64,000 nucleotides of DNA from positions 4,649 to 68,648 of the forward strand of contig JABDMV010000058.1 of the NCBI GenBank assembly GCA_013001275.1, written 5' to 3'. This DNA is from Flaviramulus sp. (GTDB lineage: Bacteria > Bacteroidota > Bacteroidia > Flavobacteriales > Flavobacteriaceae). Shown here piece after piece: positions 16,850 through 26,432 of this stretch; position 1 is the first letter of the stretch, and every line of letters begins with the position of its first letter. The notes beneath the pieces are model-generated. The model was not told the origin of the DNA. It saw nothing but the letters and a program-made list of their open reading frames with translations, and ran no database searches. The position numbers and the translations under genes are program-made.

Positions 16850-16873
16850 TAATTATTTGAGCTAGTCACTCAT

Positions 16874-16904
16874 AAAAAAAGCCTTGTTTTCAAGGCTTTT
16901 TTTT
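16874..16904. terminator. Bidirectional terminator hairpin between the ankyrin gene and the M48 protease gene
   Basis: aaaaagccttg-tttt-caaggcttttt flanked by A- and T-runs. It overlaps the last codons of the minus-strand M48 ORF. Confidence 0.7.
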
Positions 16905-17666
16905 ATTTCTATATTTTTTTATAGCTTCTTGTATTTTTTCAATTCTATTATCAGGATCTGGGTGGGTACTTTTAAATTCTGGTAAACGATTTGGTCCTGC
17001 AGCATCTTTTAATATTTCCATAACACCAATCATTTCTTCAGGATTGTAACCCGCTTTAATCATAAACCTAACACCTAAATCATCACTTTCAAGTTCATCA
17101 TCACGTCCATTGGTTAGTAATGTGTTTTGTCCAATACCACTAACTAATCCTCCTATGTCTGCACCCACAGAACCGGCTGTAGCTAATCCTTGCCAATATT
17201 GACTTTCTGCAATACGCTCTGCACTGTGTCTTCCTAATACATGTCCAACCTCATGACCTAAAACACCTGCCAATTGGTCTTCATTCTCTAATTTTGAAAA
17301 TAGGGCGTACGTAATATAAATTGGACCGCCAGGCAATGCAAAAGCATTAATAGTATTCGGGTCAGCTAACAGATGAAACTCGTATTTATATGGGGTTTGT
17401 TTCGCTATGCTATTATTTACTAATTTATTACCAACATTATCTACTAGCGCTTGATATTGATTGTTAGGATGCAAACCGCCATATTGTTGGGCCATTTGGG
17501 GAGCGCTTTGTAAACCTATTGCAATTTCTTCATCGGCATTCATCGATATAGTCTGTGTTCTTCCAGTATATGGGTTTACCTCCTGTTGGCTACATCTTTT
17601 AAAAACAAAAAACAAGGCAATCGCAACACCAATTAACAGTCTAACTTTAAAATTTTTACTTCTCAT
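16890..17666 (-). CDS. M48 family metallopeptidase
   Basis: 258 aa. N-terminal hydrophobic signal or anchor, 'HEVGHVLGRH' zinc motif. Confidence 0.85.
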   Translation of the reverse strand: MRSKNFKVRLLIGVAIALFFVFKRCSQQEVNPYTGRTQTISMNADEEIAIGLQSAPQMAQQYGGLHPNNQYQALVDNVGNKLVNNSIAKQTPYKYEFHLLADPNTINAFALPGGPIYITYALFSKLENEDQLAGVLGHEVGHVLGRHSAERIAESQYWQGLATAGSVGADIGGLVSGIGQNTLLTNGRDDELESDDLGVRFMIKAGYNPEEMIGVMEILKDAAGPNRLPEFKSTHPDPDNRIEKIQEAIKKYRNKKKP

Positions 17667-17746
17667 TTTAAAAAATTCTTAAGGGATTTAAATTTACAAA
17701 ATTTTAAATGATTAGATTCTGAAAATCATGATGTCGATAGTTTTAT

Positions 17747-18118
17747 TTAAGCAATGGTTTTAAACATCACATAATGCAAACCAATTTCTTTTATTATAAA
17801 TGGATCTCCAATAACTTTATAGCCATTTTGTTTATAAAAATTCACTGCTATTTCTCTGGCATTACACCAAATTAAGTTGGTGTTTTTGTTTTTTAGCAAA
17901 GATTCACTTTCGCTTAATAAAACTTTCCCAAAGCCTTTATTTTGAAATTCGCTCAACACAGCCATTCCACGAAGTTGGTATTGATTTTCAACGGGAATTT
18001 TAATAAAGTTATTTTTAAAAAAAGAACAAACTCCGATTAGTTCTTCGCTAATATAAATACCTAAATGAATTGTATGAGTAGCATCGTCACTGTCAAAAAC
18101 ACAAGACTCAAATGGCAT
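17747..18118 (-). CDS. GNAT family N-acetyltransferase (the annotated start is probably too short; no canonical start codon upstream)
   Basis: 'QLRGMAV....Q.KG.G..LL' acetyl-CoA motif. The frame stays open upstream to 18211 and encodes a plausible GNAT N-terminus, 'YKIKTIPSTETYSVRHPILRKG', but contains no ATG, GTG or TTG. Confidence 0.7.
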   Translation of the reverse strand: MPFESCVFDSDDATHTIHLGIYISEELIGVCSFFKNNFIKIPVENQYQLRGMAVLSEFQNKGFGKVLLSESESLLKNKNTNLIWCNAREIAVNFYKQNGYKVIGDPFIIKEIGLHYVMFKTIA

Positions 18119-18277
18119 TCCTTTTCTTAAGATAGGATGCCTAACAGAGTAAGTTTCTGTAGATGGAATTGTTTTTATTTTATAGTTTAAATTACTAATA
18201 AGAATTGTAGTTTAAATTTTATATTTCAAACTTATAAAATATTTTAAGTAATTATTAACTTCACATAAAACTAATTT

Positions 18278-18703
18278 ATGCCAATTATATATAAAATTTT
18301 AGAAAAGGAAAAAATAAATTTAGTAATTCCTTTAGTTCAGAAACTAAATGGTAACAAGGTTACCGATGAAGTGATGGAGAGTCGTTTTGCAGAAATGATT
18401 ACTCAAAATTACGAGTGTGCCGTGATTTATGATAATGCGACATTAATTGGGGTTTGTGGTTTGTGGTTCTGTACAAGACATTATTCAGGAAAAAGTGTTG
18501 AACCAGATCATGTTTTTATTGATGAAGAATATAGAAATAAAGGATTGGGCAAACAATTTTTCAAATGGATTTATAGCTATGTGAAAACTAAAAACTGTGA
18601 AGCTATGGAACTAAATACCTATGTAAATAATCCACCATCACATAAATTTTACTTTAATGAAGGATTTGAAATTTTAGGATATCATTTTTTGAAAAAACTA
18701 TAA
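18278..18703 (+). CDS. GNAT family N-acetyltransferase
   Basis: 141 aa. 'VFIDEEYRNKGLGKQFF' and 'FYFNEGFE'. Confidence 0.8.
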   Translation: MPIIYKILEKEKINLVIPLVQKLNGNKVTDEVMESRFAEMITQNYECAVIYDNATLIGVCGLWFCTRHYSGKSVEPDHVFIDEEYRNKGLGKQFFKWIYSYVKTKNCEAMELNTYVNNPPSHKFYFNEGFEILGYHFLKKL

Positions 18704-18753
18704 TTTTATTTTTGTAGGAATTAACGGTTTATATATATTTGTCGGGCTTTATT

Positions 18754-18826
18754 GCGGGAGTAGCTCAGTTGGTAGAGCGTCAGCCTTCCAAGCTGAATGT
18801 CGCCAGTTCGAACCTGGTCTCCCGCT
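18754..18826 (+). tRNA. tRNA-Gly (anticodon UCC)
   Basis: Folded by hand: acceptor GCGGGAG/CTCCCGC, D arm GCTC-AGTTGGTA-GAGC, anticodon arm TCAGC-CTTCCAA-GCTGA, T arm GCCAG-TTCGAAC-CTGGT. 73 nt, CCA not encoded. Confidence 0.9.
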
Positions 18827-18827
18827 C

Positions 18828-18857
18828 AAAAACTTCATAGAAATATGAAGTTTTTTT
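18828..18857. terminator. Bidirectional terminator shared by tRNA-Gly and pepE
   Basis: aacttcata-gaaa-tatgaagtt followed by T7. The T-run abuts the pepE stop codon. Confidence 0.75.
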
Positions 18858-19563
18858 ATTTTAAATGATTTAGTTCACTTCCAGTTTCTATTTCATAAGG
18901 TGTCTTATTGTATTCAAAAATACGAGCTGTTAACGATCCGTTTAAAATTATAGAATCATCTTTTACATGTAACCAACTTCCTTCGCGTAACCCAATAACA
19001 GGCTGTGTGTTAAAATTATGAAACTCTTTTATTCTGGTTTCCCTAGTTTCTCCCATGTGTTTACTACCCAAATCCGGATCTAAATAATGCGGATTAATGT
19101 TAAATGGCACTAAACCCAAAGCATTAAAGTTTGGCGGATATACAATTGGCATATCATTAGTTGTTTTTATGGTTAGTCCACAAATGTTACTACCTGCACT
19201 TGTACCTAAATAGGGTATTCCTTTTTTAATAGTTGATTTTAATTCCTTAATTAAGTTATTTTTATACAATTGAGTCGTTAATACAAATGTATTACCACCA
19301 CCTACAAAAATAGCTTCGGCATTTATTATAGCTTCAATAGGGTTTTCAAATTCATGAATGCCTTTTACTTTTTTGTCAATTTCAGAAAATGCTTCACTCA
19401 CTTTATTAGTGTAATCATCGTGAGATATACCACTTGGTCTTGCGTAAGGAATAAATAGAATAGTATTGGCTTTTTTAAAAAATAACTTTAGGTCATCTAA
19501 AATATAATTTAAATAGCCACTGTTGTGTAATGTGGAAGTGCTCGCTATTATAATGTTTTGCAT
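18856..19563 (-). CDS. pepE: Dipeptidase E (peptidase S51)
   Basis: 235 aa. 'FVGGGNTF' and 'GTSAGS' nucleophile motifs. Confidence 0.85.
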   Translation of the reverse strand: MQNIIIASTSTLHNSGYLNYILDDLKLFFKKANTILFIPYARPSGISHDDYTNKVSEAFSEIDKKVKGIHEFENPIEAIINAEAIFVGGGNTFVLTTQLYKNNLIKELKSTIKKGIPYLGTSAGSNICGLTIKTTNDMPIVYPPNFNALGLVPFNINPHYLDPDLGSKHMGETRETRIKEFHNFNTQPVIGLREGSWLHVKDDSIILNGSLTARIFEYNKTPYEIETGSELNHLK

Positions 19564-19672
19564 AAAAATTATTGTTTAAGCGAAAGGTAAACAAAAAATA
19601 ATTTCGACAAAATTTTCATATATTTTACTTTATAAATACGAATTAAAATAGTAATTTGAAGATAAAAATAAT

Positions 19673-20473
19673 ATGAAAAAATTAACTTTCTTTTTAGCAC
19701 TTATAACTTCATTTTATTCTGTTTCACAAAACGTTGACAGAATTCAAGTTTCTGGAAAAATTATTGTCGAAGGCAACGATATTTCTGGGATAACAATTTA
19801 TAACACATCATCAAACAAAGGTGCGGTTTCAGATGATAGGGGGGAGTTTACATTACAGGTCGCATTAAACGATATTATTGAAATAAGTGCATTACAATAT
19901 CAAAATTTAAAATTTAAGGTGAATAAAGACATCATTAAATCAAAAAAAATGAAGTTGTTTTTAATTGAAGAAATAAATAAACTAGATGAAGTTATTGTAT
20001 TTACAAAAGGATTAACAGGAGATTTATATACTGATATGGAAGCCTCTAATCCTTTTAAACCAAAATTAGATGCTTTATATTTTGGTGTCAAACATAGTGC
20101 AGAGTATGATTTTGAAAAAGATTACAGATCTGAAATAAAAAACACAGCTGTTAATTCTAACCGGCAAACTATGGTTAATGGGCTAAACATAGTTAACGTT
20201 GTAGATCAATTATTACTTCCATTGTTTCGATCAAATGTAAAAGACAAAAAGAAAGCAGGTGTTCCAGATGTACCTATCGAGTCTATTAAATATTATTTTG
20301 GTTCAGAGTTTTTAGTAGATAATTTTAATATTCCAGAACATCGTGTAGAAGAGTTTATACAGTATGTTCAAAATGATGATTTTGATTTTTCATTATTAAA
20401 TTATGGAAAAGAAATGGAATTTCTAGAAATTCTAAACAAAAAAAGCGGGGCGTTTTTAAATTCTAAGAAATAG
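19673..20473 (+). CDS. Secreted carboxypeptidase-regulatory-like domain protein
   Basis: Signal 'MKKLTFFLALITSFYSVSQ', then 'V.G.I.......GI.I.N......A.SD..G.F.L.V...D.I..S...Y' typical of CarboxypepD_reg-like domains. Confidence 0.6.
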   Translation: MKKLTFFLALITSFYSVSQNVDRIQVSGKIIVEGNDISGITIYNTSSNKGAVSDDRGEFTLQVALNDIIEISALQYQNLKFKVNKDIIKSKKMKLFLIEEINKLDEVIVFTKGLTGDLYTDMEASNPFKPKLDALYFGVKHSAEYDFEKDYRSEIKNTAVNSNRQTMVNGLNIVNVVDQLLLPLFRSNVKDKKKAGVPDVPIESIKYYFGSEFLVDNFNIPEHRVEEFIQYVQNDDFDFSLLNYGKEMEFLEILNKKSGAFLNSKK

Positions 20474-20647
20474 AAAAATTTGGTTTGAATAATACTATTA
20501 ATGGCAAGCTAGAAACATTGAGTCCAAGCTATTCAAGATGAATTAAATATGGTTTATTTGTTATGAAATTCAAACAATTTAATCAAAATTTTAATAATCA
20601 ATTAGATTAATTTATTTTCGGAATACTTTTTGAACTACCATATTAAT

Positions 20648-20655
20648 TAAATTTG
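20648..20655 (+). promoter_or_regulatory. -7 box TAAATTTG upstream of the 20670 ORF
   Basis: Matches TAnnTTTG, 15 nt before the ATG. Confidence 0.35.
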
Positions 20656-20669
20656 CTAAAAATAATTAA

Positions 20670-21173
20670 ATGAAAGTATCTAAGTTATTAGTATTGCTAA
20701 TAATACTTCCCTTATTGGCTTTTACAAGTCTTCATAAATATTACGTTAGCGTTACGCAAATTAATTATATTGGAGAAAAACAATCTTTGCAAATAACTTC
20801 CAGAATTTTTATTGACGATTTTGAAAATGTATTGAGAAAGAAATATGATGATAAAATAACGCTGTCTGGAGAGAACATACCTGAAGCGGCTGACGCTTTT
20901 ATAAAAAAATATTTAAAAGAAAAGATTATTATAAAAGTTAACAAAAAAATTAAAAATATCGCGTTCATAGGAAAGGAATATGAAGGTGATATTATGCGTT
21001 GTTATTTAGAAATAGAAGGATTAAAGAATATAAAATCAATAGAAATAAGTAACCAAGTATTATTTGAATTATTTAAAGATCAGCAGAATATTGTAAAAAC
21101 AAAAATATACCCTGAACAGAAAAGTGCCATACTAACTGTTAAAAATAAATTTGTGGTGTTAAATTTTAATTAA
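20670..21173 (+). CDS. DUF6702-like secreted protein
   Basis: Signal peptide followed by 'HKYYVSVTQINY'. The family call is from memory, as is its usual position upstream of an M1 peptidase. Confidence 0.5.
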   Translation: MKVSKLLVLLIILPLLAFTSLHKYYVSVTQINYIGEKQSLQITSRIFIDDFENVLRKKYDDKITLSGENIPEAADAFIKKYLKEKIIIKVNKKIKNIAFIGKEYEGDIMRCYLEIEGLKNIKSIEISNQVLFELFKDQQNIVKTKIYPEQKSAILTVKNKFVVLNFN

Positions 21174-21284
21174 AATTGAGCCAATTACCCTCGGAATTCA
21201 TTACATTCGACGACTTTTAATAACAATCTTCTAAAAAAAGCCAATAAAAAGAATGCTTTTTTAAATAAAACATAAATTAAAAAA

Positions 21285-23543
21285 ATGAAAAAACTGACGC
21301 ATCTTATTTTATCAATTGTTTTTATTTCTTCGGCGGCATTTGCTCAAGATCAAGTAAAAACGAAACCTCAAGGTCATACCGATCAGAACAAGTTCAGGCA
21401 AATGAAGGATCTATTACCAACTCCGAACGAAACACGAACAGCTTCCGGTGCACCAGGTTACGCCTACACCCAACAAAAGGTAGATTATGTTATGAATATT
21501 CGTTTAGATGAAGATAAAAACCAAATATTTGGTGATGAAAAAATAACTTATCACAACAATTCAAAAGATTATTTAGAATACTTATGGGTGCAGTTAGATC
21601 AAAATATGCGTGCGAGGGACTCAAAAACACCAGATATTACTTCTGAAAGTTTTAGCTCAGCTATTAACAGTGCAGAAAGGTTTACAAAAGCAAATTTAAA
21701 AAAGCGATTTGATGGCGGATTTAACATAGATTATGTTAAAAATAATGATGGTTCCGATTTGCCTTTTACAATAAATCAAACGATGATGCGTATAAATTTA
21801 CCTAAACCATTAGCGCCGAACGAAGTATTTAAGTTTCAAATTAAATGGTGGTATAATGTAAATAATCATGTGTTAGATGGTGGAAGATCTGGCTATGAAG
21901 CGTTTCCTGATGGTAACAGCACGTATGTAATAGCTCAGTTCTTTCCAAGGCTTTGTGTTTATGATAATGTTGAAGGGTGGCAAAACATGCAATTTTGGGG
22001 AAGAAGTGAGTTTGCTTTGGAGTTTGGCGATTATGATGTTAAGTTAACAGTCCCAGCAGACCATAAATTAGAAGCGACAGGAGTATTACAGAACCCGAAG
22101 GAAACTTTAACTAAAGAACAATTAAAACGATTTGAAGTTGCAAAAAAGTCATTTAAAGACCCTGTTTTTATTGTAACACAAGAAGAAGCAGAAGCAGCAG
22201 AGAAAGTAAAAAGTTCAAACCTAAAAACATGGCATTTTAAAGCTAATAAAGTAAGAGATTTTGCTTTTGCAACTTCAAGAAAATTTATTTGGGATGCCAT
22301 GGCTGTAGATATTAATGGAAGGTCTGTGATGGCAATTTCATTATATTCAAAGGAAGGAAACCCATTATGGGAAGAACACTCAACAAGAGTAGTGGCAAAT
22401 ACATTAGAAGAATATTCGAAATTAACATTTGATTACCCTTATAATAAAGCCGTTTCTGTTCATGCCGAAATGGGAATGGAATACCCAATGATTTGCTTTA
22501 ATTATGGGCGTCCAAATCCGGACGGAACTTATTCTGAAAGATTAAAAAGAGGAATGATTGGCGTAATTACTCATGAAGTTGGTCATAATTTTTTTCCTAT
22601 GATTGTAAATAGTGATGAACGTCAATGGACATGGATGGATGAAGGATTAAATTCCTTTGTAGAAACTTTGGCGGAATTGGACTACGACCCTAATTTTATA
22701 ACGGGTAACTTACCAAAAGACATCATACCTTATATGGGAGGTGATCAAAGTTATTTATCACCAATTATGTCGCATGGAGATTATGTACATCAATTTGGAC
22801 CAAATGCCTATACTAAACCGGCTGCTGGTTTGTACATGTTAAGACAGACTATTATGGGGCCAGAGTTATTTGATTATGCTTTTAGAACTTATTCTCAAAG
22901 ATGGATGTTTAAACACCCAACACCAGCTGATTTTTTTAGAACTATGGAAGATGCGTCGGCAATGGATTTAGATTGGTTCTGGAGAGGTTGGTTTTATACC
23001 ACAGATTATACTGATATAGGAGTTAAAGAAGTAAAACAATATTACCTAACTGATAAACCTAGTAAAGAAGCTATAGAATTAGCGAAGCGATATCGTATGA
23101 ACCTTGATGATTATAAAGACAAGTTGATTTATTTTGCTCAAGCAGAAGATGGCGTAATTCCAACTGATGCAAAAAATATTACTGATTTCGAGGTTTTAAC
23201 TAATCATCTTGAGGGGTTATCTGAAACAGAAAAGTCCAATTTATTAGACGCACCAAAATATTATTATGAAGTTACTTTTGAAAAACCAGGTGGATTAGTA
23301 ATGCCAATTATTTTGGAAGTAACTTTTGAAGATGGTACCAAAGAAAGACAAACATTTCCTGCTCAAATTTGGCGATATAATGAAAATGAAGTAAAAAAGG
23401 TTTTCAGAACAGGAAAAGCTATAACTAGCATAGTTGTAGATCCAGATTTAGAAACTGCCGATGTAGATACTTCAAATAATTCATGGCCTAAATATGATAA
23501 TGAAAATGAATTTGAAAAGTTTAAAGAAAAAGTACAAGGATAA
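21285..23543 (+). CDS. Secreted M1 family metallopeptidase
   Basis: 752 aa. Signal peptide, 'HEVGHNFF' plus 'WMDEGLNSF' (HExxH-x18-E). Confidence 0.9.
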   Translation: MKKLTHLILSIVFISSAAFAQDQVKTKPQGHTDQNKFRQMKDLLPTPNETRTASGAPGYAYTQQKVDYVMNIRLDEDKNQIFGDEKITYHNNSKDYLEYLWVQLDQNMRARDSKTPDITSESFSSAINSAERFTKANLKKRFDGGFNIDYVKNNDGSDLPFTINQTMMRINLPKPLAPNEVFKFQIKWWYNVNNHVLDGGRSGYEAFPDGNSTYVIAQFFPRLCVYDNVEGWQNMQFWGRSEFALEFGDYDVKLTVPADHKLEATGVLQNPKETLTKEQLKRFEVAKKSFKDPVFIVTQEEAEAAEKVKSSNLKTWHFKANKVRDFAFATSRKFIWDAMAVDINGRSVMAISLYSKEGNPLWEEHSTRVVANTLEEYSKLTFDYPYNKAVSVHAEMGMEYPMICFNYGRPNPDGTYSERLKRGMIGVITHEVGHNFFPMIVNSDERQWTWMDEGLNSFVETLAELDYDPNFITGNLPKDIIPYMGGDQSYLSPIMSHGDYVHQFGPNAYTKPAAGLYMLRQTIMGPELFDYAFRTYSQRWMFKHPTPADFFRTMEDASAMDLDWFWRGWFYTTDYTDIGVKEVKQYYLTDKPSKEAIELAKRYRMNLDDYKDKLIYFAQAEDGVIPTDAKNITDFEVLTNHLEGLSETEKSNLLDAPKYYYEVTFEKPGGLVMPIILEVTFEDGTKERQTFPAQIWRYNENEVKKVFRTGKAITSIVVDPDLETADVDTSNNSWPKYDNENEFEKFKEKVQG

Positions 23544-23563
23544 TTAATCCTTATTAATAGAAA

Positions 23564-23591
23564 AAGCCGACTTTTTTAAGTCGGCTTTTTT
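23564..23591 (+). terminator. Rho-independent terminator after the M1 peptidase gene
   Basis: 10-bp stem aagccgactt/aagtcggctt with loop tttt, then a T-run. Confidence 0.8.
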
Positions 23592-23676
23592 ATTTGTGAA
23601 TAAGTTTAAAGAAGCAACTAAATTAAACCAATCAATTATTCTTTATTGTATTGTAACAACTCACTATATTTGTATT

Positions 23677-23964
23677 GTGATACAACTTGCTACATTTTTA
23701 TTTATCAGTGGAGCCGAAATAGCCTTTATACTATTTATAGCTATAATGGTTTTTGGAGCCGATAAATTACCTGAAATCGCTCGAGGATTGGGTAAAGGTA
23801 TGCGTACTCTAAAAGACGCGACGAATGATATTAAGCACGAAATAACAAAAACCGCTGAGAAAAACGGTTTAGATACTAGTATAACTTCTGACGTTAAAAA
23901 GGAGATCGATAAAGTCAAAGACGATATAGAAGACTTCACAGGTTCAGTAAAGCGAAAATTATAG
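23677..23964 (+). CDS. tatA: Sec-independent protein translocase TatA/E
   Basis: The ORF-track start (GTG at 23596) lies immediately after the upstream terminator. The in-frame GTG at 23677 gives 'MIQLATFLFISGAEIAFILFIAIMVFGADKLPEIARGLGKGMR', a typical Bacteroidota TatA N-terminus. Confidence 0.8.
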   Translation: MIQLATFLFISGAEIAFILFIAIMVFGADKLPEIARGLGKGMRTLKDATNDIKHEITKTAEKNGLDTSITSDVKKEIDKVKDDIEDFTGSVKRKL

Positions 23965-24114
23965 GCAAAAGGGTAGGATTTTCATCCGCTTTTTTTGCTA
24001 ATTATTCTTTTTGGTCGAAAAAATCTATCATTTTAACTATTATTATGCTAAAAAACACAAGGTAATTAGATGCTTTTATAGTTTGGTAATCCCAAATCTA
24101 TAATAATTAACCTC

Positions 24115-26397
24115 ATGAAAACAAAACTACTTTTCAGTTTTTTGCTGATTTCTGCATTTTTTTATTCTTTCGGTAATAGTGAACGTGATATTATACATCA
24201 AATTGATAGTATAAATACACTCGCATTAAATTACTACCATAAAAACGACATTATAAATTCTTTTAGCGAGTTTAATAAAGCCGTTAAAATTGCAGATTCT
24301 CTTAATGATGATTATGGAAATGCTGTTGCTCACTTCACTTTGGGTAAAATATACATGAACATGCAAAATTATGCTAGTGCAGAATCTAGCTTCTTTAAAA
24401 TGCAGAAATTATCAAAAAAAATTGATGATAATTACTTAATTGCTAGTTCTTACTTAAACCTTGGGAAATTGTATGGTAAAATTAAAACATCAAAAGACGT
24501 TTTACCTTATTTAAATAAAGCTTATGAATATGCTTTAAAAAATGAAGTTAATGATATAAATAATAAGGACGATCAGCACAGAATATTATTCAATATTAAC
24601 ATGAATTTGTGTGAAGTATATTTAAATAGAAATATTACAGATGAAGTGCTTACCTATTTATTAAGGGCTAAGAATAACCTTGAGCACCTTCCTGCCAATA
24701 AATATAACACGAGTAAATTCAATTATTTTTACGGTAATTATTATTTAAAAAAGAACTTATATAACCTCGCAAACGAAAAGTTTGAAATTGCTAAAAACGC
24801 ATTAATTTTTCAAGCTGAAACTCAAGAAAATAATTTACTAATTAGTAAAATTTATAAAGACTATTCTTTTTCATTACAAAAAACTGGTAAAAGTGAATTG
24901 GCTTATACTATGTTACTTCAACGCGAAAGCGCTATTGATAAATACAATAATGAAGAGGTATTAAGACAAGATAATATTATCAAATCTAAACTACAAATTG
25001 AAATATATAAACAAGAGGCTAAATGGGCTAATGAAGGCAGAATCCTTCAAGAACAAATAACTGAATCAACAAAAAACTTTAATATTTACTTGACCATCGC
25101 AGCCTTTTTATTATTAATTTCTTTTATAACACTTTTAATTAATTACAATACTAAAATTAGATTAAGTAATACGCTTAAAACTCAAAATAAGAAACTAGAA
25201 ATAGCAAAGGATTTAGCCGAAGAATCGTCTAAATTAAAATCTAAATTTATTTCTAATGTGTCTCATGAATTAAGAACTCCATTGTATGGCGTTGTTGGGT
25301 TAACGTCAATTATGTTAGAAAACAATAATTTAAATAAACGCGATACTAAATATTTAAAATCACTGAAATATTCTGGCGATTATCTGTTAAATTTAATCAA
25401 CGATATTTTACATGTTGGTAAAATTGAAACAAATAAAGTTGAATTAAATAATTCATCAGTTAACATAAAATCACTTATTCAAGATGTTACAGATTCATTT
25501 GATTATAGCTTGGATGAATCAAATAATAAAATTCACATTCTAATTGATGACTGTTTACCAGAGTTCGTAATGTGTGATAAATTAAGGTTAACACAAGTAT
25601 TATTTAATTTAATAGGAAATAGTATAAAATTCACTCAAAACGGAAATATTTATATTAAAGCAATATTACAAGATTCAAACAACGATGAAGCTAAAATACG
25701 TTTTGAAGTAAATGACGATGGTCCAGGAATTCCAAAAGAAAAACAAGAAAGTATCTTCGAAAACTTTACTCAACTAAGTGAAAATTCTAATACTAATTAT
25801 CAAGGAGCAGGATTAGGACTTTCTATAACAAATAAAATTGTGGCTTTATTTGATAGTAAAATCGAACTTGATAGTGAGGTAGGAATAGGGTCAACCTTCG
25901 GTTTTGTTATAAGTTTTAAAATTGACCATAAAGCGATTGAAGCTATTAAAATAAAAAAGGATGATAATAAATTAGCGAATTCTGATTCTAAAAACATTAG
26001 AATATTAATTGCAGAGGACAATAAAATAAATCAAATTGTAACGAGTAATTTATTGAAAAAACAAAATTTTCAATTTGATATTGTTGATAACGGGCTTAAG
26101 GCATATGAAGCTTTTAAAAGCAATAAATATGATTTAATATTAATGGATATTAATATGCCTGTAATGGATGGTTATGACGCTACAATGGAAATAAGAAAGG
26201 TTAATAATCAAATTCCTATAATTGCATTAACGGCTTCTCATCAAGATGAATTATTGGATAACAAGTTAGATATAGGCTTTGATGATATTATTACAAAACC
26301 ATTTGATAATGATTTATTCTTTAGTTCAATCAGTAGATTGTTAGAAAGAAATAAATTGAATAATAATAAAGGAAAAGTTTTTGAATTAGCGTCATAG
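24115..26397 (+). CDS. Hybrid sensor histidine kinase/response regulator with N-terminal TPR repeats
   Basis: Signal or anchor, TPR-like repeats, one internal TM helix, H-box 'SHELRTPL', HATPase 'DDGPGIP' and 'GAGLGLSI', receiver 'ILIAEDNKINQ...LMDINMPVMDG'. Confidence 0.9.
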   Translation: MKTKLLFSFLLISAFFYSFGNSERDIIHQIDSINTLALNYYHKNDIINSFSEFNKAVKIADSLNDDYGNAVAHFTLGKIYMNMQNYASAESSFFKMQKLSKKIDDNYLIASSYLNLGKLYGKIKTSKDVLPYLNKAYEYALKNEVNDINNKDDQHRILFNINMNLCEVYLNRNITDEVLTYLLRAKNNLEHLPANKYNTSKFNYFYGNYYLKKNLYNLANEKFEIAKNALIFQAETQENNLLISKIYKDYSFSLQKTGKSELAYTMLLQRESAIDKYNNEEVLRQDNIIKSKLQIEIYKQEAKWANEGRILQEQITESTKNFNIYLTIAAFLLLISFITLLINYNTKIRLSNTLKTQNKKLEIAKDLAEESSKLKSKFISNVSHELRTPLYGVVGLTSIMLENNNLNKRDTKYLKSLKYSGDYLLNLINDILHVGKIETNKVELNNSSVNIKSLIQDVTDSFDYSLDESNNKIHILIDDCLPEFVMCDKLRLTQVLFNLIGNSIKFTQNGNIYIKAILQDSNNDEAKIRFEVNDDGPGIPKEKQESIFENFTQLSENSNTNYQGAGLGLSITNKIVALFDSKIELDSEVGIGSTFGFVISFKIDHKAIEAIKIKKDDNKLANSDSKNIRILIAEDNKINQIVTSNLLKKQNFQFDIVDNGLKAYEAFKSNKYDLILMDINMPVMDGYDATMEIRKVNNQIPIIALTASHQDELLDNKLDIGFDDIITKPFDNDLFFSSISRLLERNKLNNNKGKVFELAS

Positions 26398-26432
26398 TTG
26401 TTAGACACTTGATTAGCAAAAGCATTTCGTCT

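Noticed and set aside
18754-18860. tRNA-Gly as a possible integration hotspot for a genomic island.
   Set aside because: There is no integrase, no direct repeat of the tRNA 3' end, and no compositional break. The tRNA is flanked by ordinary GNAT and pepE genes.
23596-23676. The N-terminal 27 codons of the ORF-track tatA model, which starts at a GTG at 23596.
   Set aside because: The extension begins right after the upstream terminator and encodes non-TatA-like sequence. The in-frame GTG at 23677 yields a canonical TatA N-terminus.
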